From contig MEDY01000660.1 in the NCBI GenBank assembly GCA_001724265.1, positions 1 through 64,000 of the forward strand: a stretch of 64,000 nt of DNA, given 5' to 3'. Made by a program: the position numbers and the translations under genes. This document shows positions 33,930-46,700 of this stretch, in pieces. Source of the stretch: Rhizaria sp. SCN 62-66. Its lineage: Eukaryota. Under the pieces are notes generated by a model that was not told where the DNA came from, did not search any database, and worked only from the letters and a program-made list of their open reading frames with translations. Every line of letters starts with the position of its first letter. Within the stretch, counting starts at the first letter, position 1.

Positions 33930-36900
33930 ATGTCCGGGTGGCGTCTTTCCGCCTCGGCCATGAGCAGGCTGCTGCTCATTGTCGCCGCTTTGGTACGTTC
34001 AAACGCTTTTGCTTCCTCCTCTCCGATGCTCGTCAGTTCATCGCAGGAGACTTTCTATCATTTTGCACCACGTTCACAATCTTGATCACTAACTAATATA
34101 CCTTTTCAATCAGTTTACTTCCCTAACTCACTCATATTGTTCCACTTTCTTGCTTCTTACCTCTCGACGTCGCGCGAATCATGCAGGTGGCCTACGCCGC
34201 CGCGGCCACGCCCGTGTTCGGCTCCAGCGACGTCGCCGAGAACCGCGTGCTGTCTCTGCCGCGCAACACTCAGGTTGGCAGCACGGACAACACGGTTACC
34301 ATTAGCCACTTCTTCAAGGGACGCTATCGTGGCACCCCGCTGTCATCTGGCGACCTCGTCGCCATCCGCGTGCCAAACGACCTCCTCACCACCAGCACGG
34401 CGTGCTCCTTCACCTTCGGTGGCTCCTCGGTTCCGCTCACCCCCGCCGCGCTCGCCACTGTTTCAGGTGTGACCCCGGTCTCGTCGTCGAAGCCCTACAA
34501 CCTCGCCTACACCGTCGGCGCCGCGGCTTCGCTGGCCTCGGAGGCCGTGTCCGCGACAGACGACCGCATCTTCGTCATCGACTGCGTCTTCACAGCGCCG
34601 TCCAAGAAGATCCTGCCGTCGATGGTGCACGTCGCCATCGCCACGCCGGGCACGACGCCCGTGGTGCGCGCCGCGACTGCGTGGAACCTGCCCACGCCCG
34701 AGATCCAGGGCCTCCTGCGCGAAGGCCCCACCCTGACGTTTAACGGCCGCCCCTCGGTCAAGCAGGTCGTCGAGCTCTCGGTCGCCTTCAAGCTCGCAGC
34801 CGCCGTGACCAACACGCCAGTACTTCAGATCCAGGTCCCGCGCGGGTTCGTCCTCGCGCAGACCGTCGTCAACGGCAGCTCCGTGTCGGGCCTCACCATG
34901 ACTGTCGCCAACAGCACTCTCACGGCGCGCTTTCCGGCCTCGTACATCATCACCACCGGACTCACGACGCTGCGCTTTATTGGCGCGCTGGGATCGAAGG
35001 AGCAGCCCGCGTACACGGACGGTCTCTTTGTGCTGTTCAACTCGCAGACGTGCCGGATGACGGAGGAAACAGGCCCGGGGTCGTGTAATATGGCCGATCC
35101 GCTCGGCTCGCGCGACGAGAACCTCATCTTCTCGCGCTCGCTCTCGCTGCCCGCCATCACGGCCGACGTCGACAACTACGGGCTTGACAGCTCCGAGGCC
35201 CTGGTCGCGTTTCCGTCGACGTCGTCCATGACCCTGACGATCACACCATTCGGCCTGCAGCTGCCGCTGGAAAACTTCGCCTCGCAGCTGCACCTCTCCG
35301 TGGCGCTGCCCAACGCCACGATCATGTACCCGGTAGATACGACGCCCCAATGCGTGATTGCTAACAGCACAACGACTGTCAGTGCATCCATGACGTCGAT
35401 CCAAGAGATGCGCCTGGCTCTCACTTCCGACCTGTACAGTACGGCGACGAGCCTCAAGTCTCTCAGCATCGTGTGCACTGTAGGCTCGGAATCCTCGGTG
35501 AACTCGTACATCAACGCGGACTCGGTCGGCGTGCGCCTGTCTATCATCTACATCTCCGACGGCACTACGCTCATCACCCACTACGCGGCCACGACGGGCC
35601 GCGCGGCGTCCGAGGTCACTGCTATCCCCGACTACGACGGCGTCACTGTCCTGCACCAGCTCCTCATCGGATTGGCCGGCGGTACCTCTCTGAGCACGGG
35701 CGCGGAGATGACCCTCACAGGCGAGATTGTTTTCCCGGCCAGCCACCCCTTGCCGTCGAGGCTGCAGTATACCATCGATGTTCCTTCTGCGGGCGTGCTT
35801 TCCAACGCGTCTTGCTCGATGGCTGTAAACAGTTCGGACATTTACAACTCCTCGACCTTCACATTCTACCCGCAGGCGTTCAATGGCGGTGGCATGGTCT
35901 CGATCGTTTTTAAGGCCTCGACGCTAAACATGCAGCTGCCAAGTGTAGATGTGAAGCACACCTTCGGTTGCCTTGGCATTCTCTCCCCCGCTCGCATCTA
36001 CTCATCTTCATCGGCGGCTACCCCGCTGTTCCACGGCCGTTTCTCCGAGTACGAGCTCGGTGGCGGCACCGCCGTTGACCTCCGGTTGACTGCGCGCGTA
36101 TCGATGGCCATCATGGGCACCGTACAGGCCTTTGCCGTCGAGGAAAACATCTTCACGGTCACGTTTGCGAACTCGTCGCTCGTGTACGCCGGTTCCACCG
36201 ATGACATCGTGTTTGCCATCAACACCACCGCACTCCCGCCGATCTTCTACCCGGGTTCCGCGCTCGAGGTGTACATGCCCCTGGGCTACACCACGCCTGG
36301 GCTGTCGCGCGCCGGCCGTGACTCGCTGGGCAACACGTGCTTTGTCAACATCGCGCACGCATCCACGGTCAACGCGACAGGACTGACCGTCGTGGCCAAC
36401 ATGCCGCTGTCGGCCGATGACATGTACTTCCAGCCCTTGTCCGAAGTTCCAGCAACGGATACGGTCTACGCCGTGCGTTTGCGCTTCCCCGACTCGCTCA
36501 CCGCGGCCTTTGTTCAGGGCGACATGGTCAGCTTCCGATGCACCTTCAACCTGCCCGACGCCGCAGACACGACGGGCAAGTACATCGAGGCGCGCGTGCT
36601 GAACCGCTTCACACCTGGCTTCGGCCCCGCGCACCTGTCGGTGTATAACGCCGCCACAGGCTTTGTCGCCGCCACCGAGTCATTCCAGTCTACGGCACAG
36701 CTGTCGCTGCCCGCCGTGCCCTCGGGCACGCCGCTGGGCTACCTCGCCGGCACGGGCCCCATGCGCAGCATCGTCCGCTCCACGCCCTACGTCGGCGCGT
36801 TCGGCACCGTGGACCTCGACCTGCGCCCCATCACCGCGCTCATAGGCGGTATCCGTCTCTATTCCACCGCCGCGGAGCGCTTCGAGCTGCTGCTGCCCGA

Positions 36901-39900
36901 TTCGTTCGTGTACCTGCCCTACACACACTGCGGCGTGGCGTGGAACAACGGCGACCACTCGGTCATCTCGGCCAACCTCAGCAACCACTTCCGCTTTGGC
37001 GTCGCGTCGCCGCAGATGTCGGCCGCGCCGCGCCTCTTTGTCGGTGTGCCCGAGGACGGCGTCGCTATCATGCCCGACGGTTTTTTCCACATGCGGTGCC
37101 TGACGCAGAACCCGCTGCTGCCGGAGCCTGACTACCGCGGCATGTCGGCCACGTTCCACCTCGTGAGCGATCCCGTCAGCACGCTCAACTCGGTCCGCTT
37201 CAACGGCACGCAAGTGGCCGACTTCCTGCCCCGCAACAACACGCTGTCGTACGTCAACTTCACCGAGTTCGGCATTGCTGGCGGCGTCCTGGTTTTCACC
37301 GTCACGCCCAACGCCTTCACGATGGAGAACTACCGTCTGCACCTCGCCGTGCCGGAGCTCACGGTCATCACCTACGTGGCCGCCAACAGCACGGTGGCGC
37401 CCACGCCGGATGCCAGCTGGATCGAGTGCTCCGTCGACAAGGGCACCTTCACGGCCGCCGCGGCGCTGGGGTTCTCGTCCGCGCTCGACCTCCTCGCGCC
37501 GCCGACCGAGGTGGACACGATCGTGGTGTCGCTGCAGTCGCGCGTGTTCCACTGGCCGCAGGACATTATCGAGGTTGTGTGCCGCGCCTCGGCCAACGCC
37601 ACGGCGCCCGTGATCTACCTCCCGCGCGAGCTCATCACAGCGGCCCCGCTGCCCGAGGTGTCGGCCACGCTTCACAGCGCGCCGCCGCTGTCGGCGCTAA
37701 TCTCGGGCGTGCTCGTCGAGCAGGCCGGAGACCCCGGCGTGGCGGTGCAGCCCGTGTCGCTGGTCTACGACACGGCCATGACGCGCGTTGTCACCGCGGC
37801 AGACTACAACTCCACCAACTGGGTGTCGTTTGAGCTCTCTGCGCTCGGGTTCGAACTTCCGTTGTACTCGACCTTTGAGTTCCGCCTCCCGCGCGGCGGC
37901 ACCAATTACTCTGCCACGTTCGCCGTGCCACGCAACCTTACGCGCATCCCGTGCACTTTCACCGTCGGCAACGTCTCGATCCCGCTGTCGTCGGGTGACA
38001 TCTCACTCACCCACCCTGCGGGACTCTCGTACTCTGTGCTCAAGTTCTTCACCGGCTCCTCCGTGCCGGCCCGCGCCAGCGTCACTACGGGCGGCTCTGA
38101 CGCCGCGGACCTGTACCACATTGAGTGCCTGATGCTTCACCCGACCGCGACCATCGACCCGATGAACATGCATGCGCTCGTGTACGCCGGCCAGGCGCCG
38201 CTACACAAGTTCCTCGACATCCCCGATGTGCTGTTTAAGGGCGTGTTCCACATGATCGACCCCGACCCGGTGCCCGCGTCGGCGACGACGCTGACAACGA
38301 CGATGAAGTCGCAGTTCACGCTCACCACGCTCACCATCACGCTCAACGACATCGGCGTCGACATGCTGCTCTACGACGAGATCGAGATCGAGTTTCCCAC
38401 GACGCACTTGTACGAGTTCCGCCCTTCGCAGCACGGAACCGAGCACGAGGTCTCGCCGTTTCCGCCCGAGCAGGCCAGCAACGGCTCCTACGTCGCTCCG
38501 GCCCTTGCCACGCTTTCCCTCGAGGACAGCGCCGGCTCCGGCACGCGCGCCACGGTCCGCTCTCGCCCCACTGGCACTGGCGGCGCAAAGCAGCGCGGCG
38601 ACCGCGCGGGCCGCTCCGTCCCGCGTGCCCTGCGTCGCCGCGAGGCGTTGGCCCACTCGGTGGACCGGAGCGCGGGCTCCGCGCCCCGCCTGCAGCGCAT
38701 GCTTACCGCCGCGCTGCCCGCGCCGTACGACGGTGACAGCGACTTTGACGAAGATTACAACTACACTGGCGGCTACAGCGGCGCCAGCGTGGGCGCCTCG
38801 ACGCTGGCGGCCGAGGTGGTCCTGCCCGTTGCGCAGACATCCCCGTGCACAGTCAACGGTGAGCCGGCGTTGTACACCGTGCCGCTGCGCGAGGACCACA
38901 TCACCAACACGGCTTCGACGTGCGCAGTCTCGGACGACGTGTGCTCGACGCGCACGCTCATCGTCGCGCTGCCGTTCGACCTGTACCGGTCCGAGATCAC
39001 CAACAAGTCGTCGGCTGTAATTGTGTGCCAGAACGTGCGCACGCCGCTGGCCACGCCCATCGTCGCGGGCGTCGGGCCGCAGGCCGCGTCGGCTAAGTTC
39101 CGCCTCACGCGTCCGTCGTACACGTCGCGGTCCAACTACTCGAAGCCGCTGCTGATGGCATACCAGTCGGCCGTGTCGCTGCAGGCACTCGTGGTGCCCG
39201 AGTGGGGCGACTCCGCCCGCACGGCGACGCCGGCCAACGTGACCGCGGGCAGCGAGCACAACGTGTTGACGCTGGCGCTGGAGCCCATGCCGGTGAATAT
39301 GACCAGCGAGTCTGTCATCACAACCGTGCTGCCCATGCTGTGGAGCATGATCAACGTCGCTTCCGGGTCGTCCCGTGAGAACGCCACGTGCGCAGCCTCG
39401 GTAGACAACGCGATTCGCACGCAGGCCGACATTACGGGCCGCACGGCGATGGACAATACACTGCGCACCATCACGTTCCGGCCCGCGACTGCGGTGGCGG
39501 CGACGAACCTCACGTTCCGCATCTTCTGCGACGACGTGCGCGTGCCGTCCATCGTGCGGCCCGCCGAGGCGACGACGACGATGCGCGTCAACGACTACGT
39601 GGCGCAGTACGGCAACAACGCGCCCACCACGGCCGACTACGCCAACGCCACGTTTGCGCGCCGCTGGCTGCTAACGGCCGAGACGACGCGCGTGTCGACC
39701 TCCGCCATCATCGCCGGCCTGGCCGACCGTGAGTTCGTCTCGCACACGCTCGCCATCGAGTTGCGGCTGCCGCTCAACACGACCATGATGGACAAATACG
39801 TGAGCGCGTACATGGGTGTGCTGAGTCCGTACGCTACCGAGGCGAACCTCATCTTCACGGCGTCGATCCGCCGCAACGTGCTGGTGAAGGTGCCCAAGGT

Positions 39901-40378
39901 GATTGACGACCCGCAGGTCATCGAGTATGACCAGTACATCAACGTCGAGATCGTCTTCGAAGGTACTTCCAACACGAATAACTTCGACGTGCTGCAGCTG
40001 CTGATCAACCACCGGCTTAGAGTGGCTGCCGCCGTCACCACGCTCACGGGCGCGTTCATCATCAAGAACAACGAGCCCGTCATCGCGGGCGTGCCCGGCA
40101 CGTGCTTCAACTCGCAAGTCGATGTCGGCGAGTCTGACCGCGACTGCGGCTCCGAGTGCATGGCCTGCTCGCTCAACTCGGCCTGCAGCGTCGACGCCGA
40201 CTGCCTCACGTCCTACTGCAGCAAGTCGCTCTGCGCCGAGCGTACGCTCGTCGCCGAGACCGGCACGGACGTCACGGGCGGCCAGGTCAGCGCGGCACCG
40301 CGCGGCGCCGCGCTCGGCGCTCTCTCCTGGGCGCTTGCCGCCGTTGCCACCGCCGCGGCGCTCTTCGTGCTCGGTTGA
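33930..40378 (+). CDS. Large secreted, probably GPI-anchored cell-surface glycoprotein; exons 33930-33992 and 34187-40378, about 2084 aa
   Basis: Spliced signal peptide MSGWRLSASAMSRLLLIVAAL|VAYAAA, many N-x-S/T sites, beta-rich repeats, a C-terminal 8-Cys module and a hydrophobic tail SAAPRGAALGALSWALAAVATAAALFVLG with no cytosolic tail. Stop is TGA. Confidence 0.8.
33993..34186 (+). other. Intron of the surface-protein gene (phase 0)
   Basis: TTG|GTACGT donor, ACTAAC/CCTAAC branch-like sites, TGCAG acceptor; removal joins the signal peptide in frame. Confidence 0.85.
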
Positions 40379-41051
40379 GCCTGAAGCCTTATCGCCGCCG
40401 GTAGGTGTGCGCGTCAACAAACCGTGATCCAGTTATGAAACCGCTTCATTTTTATTTGTTTGATTCACCTTACTTTGTTTGCTGCTGATTTATTTTTTTC
40501 TTAAGCAAACTTACTCAAGTTTTTGTTTGATGCGAGCTCGATCTGCCTCTTCTCGTTTGAGAGACTTCGAGGCGGTCGCCCAGCGTCATGAACAAACACA
40601 CTCGCCTCTCTAATCAGTAACTTTTTCTAACCTTAGTCTAGTATCACATGGTTTGTTCTCGTATGTATAGCACTGGTATATATTATTATCCATCACTAGG
40701 TGTATGTTTTATCCTAAGGCCAAAACGCCGAATACAAAGTACTTCTTCCATCGTTTTCTCGGAACCTGTGCCTCTAAGCTTCCCGACTGACTCGCTCATC
40801 GCAAATTTTTAGGAACCGGAAAGACAATTACTTTTACAAGCAAGGTCCGCGCAGGGCAACGGATTGTTTCTCACGTTGGCGGGTCGTTAGCGAAGTTAAC
40901 GCGATCGTGTGCGGGTGTAATTAAATCACAGCATTGATTAATCAAAGGCACGCTTTGGGTACTGCGCTAAAAGTGGAATAACGGTTCTACCACAGCCCCA
41001 TACACCTTTGATTGACGGACCAGACCGCCCCCACAGTACAAACACATCCCC

Positions 41052-43213
41052 ATGAAGTACGTCCCCGTTGCACTGTCTAATCATTTTTTGTACCACTGTT
41101 TTAGAGTTTAATAAGTACGTCGTGCTCACAAAGATTGGATATTTCCGTCATAATGCGTAACAGCTTCGGGAAGCCTGCCGCTAGTGGGTTCTCTTTCGGG
41201 GCGAAGCCTGCGGCTCCCGCTGGTGCTGCTCCCGCTGCCGGAGGCTTCTCCTTCGGCGCCAAGCCCGCCGTCGGCGCTGCCCCCGCTGCTGCGCCTGCCG
41301 CTGGTGGGTTTTCCTTTGGTGCTAAGCCCGCTGCCCCTGCTGCGGCCGGTGGCTTCTCGTTCGGCGGCGCCGCTGCCGCCCCTGCCGCCGCCGCCGCCCC
41401 CGCTGCCGGCGGCTTTTCCTTTGGCGCCAAGCCCGCTGCCGCCGCCGCGCCTGCCGCGGGTGGCTTTTCCTTCGGCGCCAAGCCCGCAGCCGCGACTAAC
41501 GCGTTCTCTTTTGCCGGCGGCGCGACGGCGGCCGCTGCCGCCGCGACGGCGGCCGCGGTGGCCGCGCAGGAGCCGCTGGTGCTGCTCAAGCCCGACCAGT
41601 CATTCGGCTCGCTCTCCGAAGAGCACAAGAAGCAGCTGGCGACGCTGGAGCGCATTATCACGGGCCAGACGGCGCACTGTGAGCGCGTGCAGGACCACCT
41701 GAACCTGTGGGCGACGGCGCCGACGCGCCCTGTGCAGGCCGTGGCGGCCGCACTCGACGTCGTGTCGCAGCGCCTTGCCGCCGCCAACCTGGGCCTCGTG
41801 CACCAGCTCGCGCAGATGGAGGAGGTCGCCGCCGCCGAGAGCAAGACGCGCGCAGACGTCGCGGCCTGCTCCGCCGCCGCCGAGCGCCTCTCGGCCTCGG
41901 CCGCAGGCGCGGGCGCGGGCGCGGGCGCCGCGGGTGTGGGCGGATACTACGGATTCGCCGAGCCGCTCTGCCTGCCCTCTAAGTACCACTGGCTCAAGGC
42001 GAACGAGTTTGTTACGCGGCTGCAGGACGTCTCGCAGCGCGTGGCGCAGCTCGAGGCCGCGCTGGCCGACGTGGACCCCGACCTGGCCGCCGCGCTCGGC
42101 GCCGCCGGCGCGGACATGGGCGACACCTACGGCGGCTCCGGCTACGGGGCCAGCTCGTCCTCCGTCTCCGGCGGCGGCGCGCTGGCGCGGTTGGACGCGG
42201 CGCTCTCGGGCCAGCAGCAGGCGCTGGTGTCTGTCGCGGCGGCCGTGGCCCCTCTAGCGCGCCGCGCGGAGCAGCTGCGCGAGGCCGTCATCGCGCTCGC
42301 CCGCGCGCGCGCCGGTTCCGCGGGCTCTGACCCCGCGGCCGCCGCCGCCGCCGCCGGGCTTGCCGCGGGCTCTCAGGCGCCACCGCAGCCGCGCGCGTTT
42401 GGCGTGGTGGGCCCGCTGCCCGCCGCGGCCGCCGCGCTGGCCTCGGCCGTCGGCTCGGGCGCGGGTGCCGCGCTGTCGACGGCGCAGTGGGAGCGCATGC
42501 TCTTCCGTCATCGCGCCGAGGACCCCTTCGCGGTTGCGCGCGCCGCGGGCCACGTCGGGCTGGACACGCTGACCGCTCTCGCGCTGGCGTTGGGCACCAC
42601 GGTCTCTGCCCTCCAGGCCGACCTCGCGCTCGAGGCCTCCACCTCGGCCTCCTCGGCCGCGGCCGCCGATGCCGCCGCGCCCGCTGACGCCGCCGCGGTA
42701 GCCGCGGGGACCAACTCGTCGACGGTGCCGGTGCGGCCGACCGCGCCCGCGCACGTTGTGCTCTCGGTCCCCACTGCCACCGGCATCGCGATGCCCGCCT
42801 CGACCGCGCTCGGTCAGCCCGCGCCCGCGGCCGCCGCGCCCGCCGCCGCGCCCGCCGCCGCCGCCGGCGGCTTCTCATTCGGCGCCAAGCCCGCGGTCGG
42901 CGCGGCCCCGGCGGCGGGCGGTTTCAGCTTCGCCGCCAAGCCTGCCGCCCCCGCTGCAGCGCCCGCGGCGGGCGGCTTCTCTTTTGCACCCGCGGCCGCC
43001 GCTGCCCCTGCTGCGGCCCCCGCGGCCGGCGGCTTCTCCTTTGCACCCGCGGCCGCCGCTGCCCCCGCGGCCGCGCCAGCTGCCGGTGGCTTCTCCTTCG
43101 CCCCCGCGGCCGGTGCGGCGCCCGCCGCGGGCGGCTTCTCGTTCTCGCCCGCAGGCGCTGCCAACGCCACGCGCGTGCCCTCGGCCAGCAAGCCCACGGT
43201 GCGCCGCCGCTGA
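41052..43213 (+). CDS. FG-repeat nucleoporin, Nup58/Nup49-like architecture; exons 41052-41056 and 41164-43213, about 684 aa
   Basis: AAGGFSFG(AKP) repeats at both termini flank a central coiled-coil region (FGSLSEEHKKQLATLERII..LPSKYH..FVTRLQDVSQRVAQLEAAL). Stop is TGA. Confidence 0.8.
41057..41163 (+). other. Intron of the nucleoporin gene (phase 2)
   Basis: ATGAA|GTACGT ... TAACAG|CTTC gives M-N-F-G-K in frame. Confidence 0.75.
41165..41520 (+). repeat. Coding tandem repeats of GGFSFG(AKP), N-terminal block
   Basis: Repeated GG(C/T)TT(C/T)TC(N)TT(C/T)GG units spaced by Ala/Pro codons. Confidence 0.85.
42860..43150 (+). repeat. Coding tandem repeats of AAGGFSF(G/A/S), C-terminal block
   Basis: Six AAGGFSF units are visible in the translation. 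Confidence 0.85.
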
Positions 43214-43721
43214 GCAGCATGAGGCGTGCAGCGGGCGTGGATGTGCAGGCGCACGAAGCGAAACAGTTTATGTGCTATCCACCGTGCGATCAAGCATCAC
43301 ACTTTTAAATTGTATTTACGAAGGTCAAGTGTCATGATCTGGAAATAAAGACATGATGGTCGTGCTATCGCTTATTGGAGGCACGTTTGTGTCATGTCTC
43401 GTTTGTTGGAACCAACCATAATAAAGATACAGCTATTCACCGGTGCAAGTAAAAACAGCAATGTGGGAGAGTTTGGTTAAAGTGAATAGGGAGTCTTGTA
43501 TTGAAAGAAAAATCATGTCTTTGTGAAAAGAAAAGACACTAATGATACTAGTATACTATACTTGAAGATATATTATTACAGCTCATGGCCAGCTTGAAGT
43601 AACAACGATCACGCATGTGCACGGTGTGCACGGAGACATCACCACCAACAACAAACAAAGAAACACAACACAAAGTGTTGTTGTTGCTGTAGTTGTTGTT
43701 TTAAAATGTGTGTAGAGTTGC

Positions 43722-46700
43722 TCAGCGCTTCTTGGGGTGCGCCTTGCGCCAGGCCTCACGCTTCTTGCCGAGCTTGTCCGACTTCATACGCGAGTCGACG
43801 TGGACCTTGATGGTCTTGCCCATGCCCTTGGTCTTCATCTTGGCCGTCTTGGCGTTCTGGCCGCGCGCGTTGACAACGTACTCGCGCGCAGGCTTCATGC
43901 GCTGCTGCTTGCGCGCGCCCTGGTACAGCTTCTCGATCTGGCGCATCTTCTCGTCTGCGCCCACGTCCGACTGCGCGATGATGCTGTTGGCCTGGATCTT
44001 GGCGCGCTCGAGCATGCGCAGCGCCTTCTTCTTCTTGCGCGCGCTCGACTCAGCGACCTTGCGCATGGAGCGCGCGTCGATGTCCTTGAGCTGCTGCTTC
44101 ACGGCCTCGACCTCGGCCTTGGTGATGGGCAGCTGTGCCTTGTTGTGCTGGTTCTCCTCGTCCACGAACCAGTCGGGCAGCCCGTCGTGGTCGTTGTACG
44201 AGTACTTGTTGTACGCCGCATCCACCATCGCGTTGCGCTCCTTCTTCCGCAGCATCTTGGTCCCCATCGCAAGGATCTCGGCGCGCGCGTCCGAGTCGTC
44301 CGAGTAATCGCTCAGTGGGGCGTCGCCGAACGCCTCAGAGTTGGCCTTGCCGCGCGCGGCCTGCGCCGCCATGAGCGCCTTGGCGCGCTTGGCGTCCTGC
44401 TTGACCTGCTCCTCGGCCGAGCCCAGCCAGCGCGAGCGCGCCTCGCGAGTGTCCTCATCGTCCGTCGTGTCCGTGTCGTCCGAGTCAGACGGCGCCATTT
44501 GCGCCGCGCGGCGCCGCGACATCGGCGCAGCGCCGGCGCCGTTGCTGGCGGCGGTGGCGGGGGCGACCTCGAAGCCACCGTCCTCCTCCTCGTCCTCGTC
44601 GTCAGAGACAGAAGATGCGGTGGCCGTGGCGGGGCGCTTGGTGCGGGAGGTCGCGGCGGCGCCAGCGGCGGCGGCGAGCGCGGCGGCGCCCTTGGCGCCG
44701 AGCGACTTGTCCTTGGCGAGCTTGGCCGTGTGGGCCGACAGCGCGGCGCGGGCGCGGGCGAGCGCGGCGGCGCGCTCCTCGTCCGAGTCGTCGTCGTCGT
44801 CGTCATTGTCGTCGCCGGAGAGGCCCAGGTCGACGTCGGCGAAGGCGCCCTGGCTGAACCAGCGCTCGGCGCGCACAGCCGCTGTCTCGGAGGCGCCCTC
44901 GGAGAGTTGAGAGAGCTTGTTGCGGCCCTGCGCCACGTGATCGCGCGCGCGCTGCAGCGCGTCGGAGCGCGGGCGAGCGGCGTCGTCCTCGGAGCTGTCC
45001 TCGCCCGCCTCGCCGTCGTCGTCAGAGTCCAGCTTCACGGGGCCGTTCTTGCTGGTGCCCGCGCCCGCAGCAGAGCCGCCCCCGACAAGCGCGGTGGCGA
45101 ACTCGTCAGAGTCGAGGCCGAGCACGCGCTTGTCTTTCTTCTTGTCGACGATATTGCGGCGCTTCTTGTACTCATCGTAGAGGTACGACACAGAGCGCTC
45201 CTGTTCGCGCACGCGGCGCTCCGTGTCCGAAATGTCCTCCTCCTCCTCCTCGTCCTCGTCCTCGTCCTCCTCGGCGCCCGAGCTCACCTGCGCCTCATCC
45301 AGCAGCTGGTTGGTCGTGATGATCTCGCGGAACTTGGCCGCGTCCATGCCGCCCAGCTTCTCGCCGTCAGTGTCGTCGACGGCGCGTCCGTGCGCGCGCA
45401 GCGCCTTGGCCACGTCGTCGGAGCCCATGGCGCGCATCCGGAACACGCCGTCGTCGGCGTTGGCGTCAGAGTCCTTCTGCGAGTTGACGTTGAGCGCCAG
45501 ACGGCGGATCTCCTTCATCTTCTCTTCGTGGCGCTTCTTCTTCTCGCGCTTCTTGCGCGTGTCGAGCTTCTCGAACAGCGCGTTGAGCTCCAGGTCCTTG
45601 GCCGCCTTCTCATTCGCGGCGATCTCCTCGGCAGTCTGCTCCACCAGCGCGTCGGCGGCGCTGGCGCCCGCGGCGGCGGCGCGCGCGGCGGCCTCGGCGG
45701 CCTCGGCCATGGCGATCTCGTACTGGAGCTCGTTCTTGAAGCGGTGCATCTTCTTGTGCCAGCGGATGAGCTGGCCAAAGTCGCTCGTGCCCAGAACCTT
45801 GATGTCCTTAAACAGCTCCGAAATCTCGGGCGTCGTCGCGCGGTGCTTGCGGTAAACCTCAGCCTCGGGGTCCCACTCGAGCACGTTGGCACGGGCCAGC
45901 ACCGTCGTGGGGTTCTCGGCGTTGATGAACTCCGACACCGGGAGCACCTCGTGCAGCGCAAGCTTGTCCGACGAGTAGCCGGAGCGGTTGGGGCGCTTCT
46001 GGTGCGACTGGCCGAAGAGGCCCGTGGCCGACTTGGCGGCGGCCTGGTCCGAAGCGACCGTGGTGGGGCGGAACACCACCGTCGGGTCGAACAGCTTCGG
46101 GTCGATCTTCTTGGGCGCGAGGTAGCCCTGGCACACGGCGAAGATTTCGGCCGAAACCTGACGCGAGGCAACGGGGCGCGTGACGTCGACGCGGCGGAAG
46201 AACTGCTTCAGCACCCAGATGAGAGCCATGTAGTCGGCGGAGCGGAAGATCTTGGTGACGAATGTGCCGCCCTCGCAGAGGAACTCGGAGGCAAGCTTGA
46301 GCGAGTGCAGCACGAGCTCAACCTGCACAAAAGCGTCCTTCGCCCAGGTACCACCGCCACCGACGTTAGGGGCACCGTCGTGGAGCACGAGGTCGACCTG
46401 CCAGCTCTGGAGCTTCTTCTTGATGGCGGCGCGGCACGACTGCGTCGTGATGTCCTCGACGAGCGTGATGACGTTCGGCAGCGGGCGGATCGGCAGCAAA
46501 TCAATGCCGATAAGCAGGGAAGAGACGGGCATGTACTTGGCCGCGACCTGGAGCCAACCACCGGGCGCAGCGCAGAGATCGAGACAGGCCTTCGAGTTGG
46601 CCAAGAAGTTGAACTTCTTGTTAAGCTGAATCAGTTTGAAAGCAGCACGACTACGGTAGCCCTGCTGCTTCGCAAGCTGATAGAACTTCTCGCGACGCTT

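Noticed and set aside
41165-43150. Spaced repeats resembling a CRISPR array
   Set aside because: They are degenerate coding FG repeats with synonymous variation, and there are no cas genes.
43663-43682. ACAACAC-AAA-GTGTTGT hairpin in the SPB1 3' region
   Set aside because: Short and made of low-complexity CAA/TTG repeats; likely chance.
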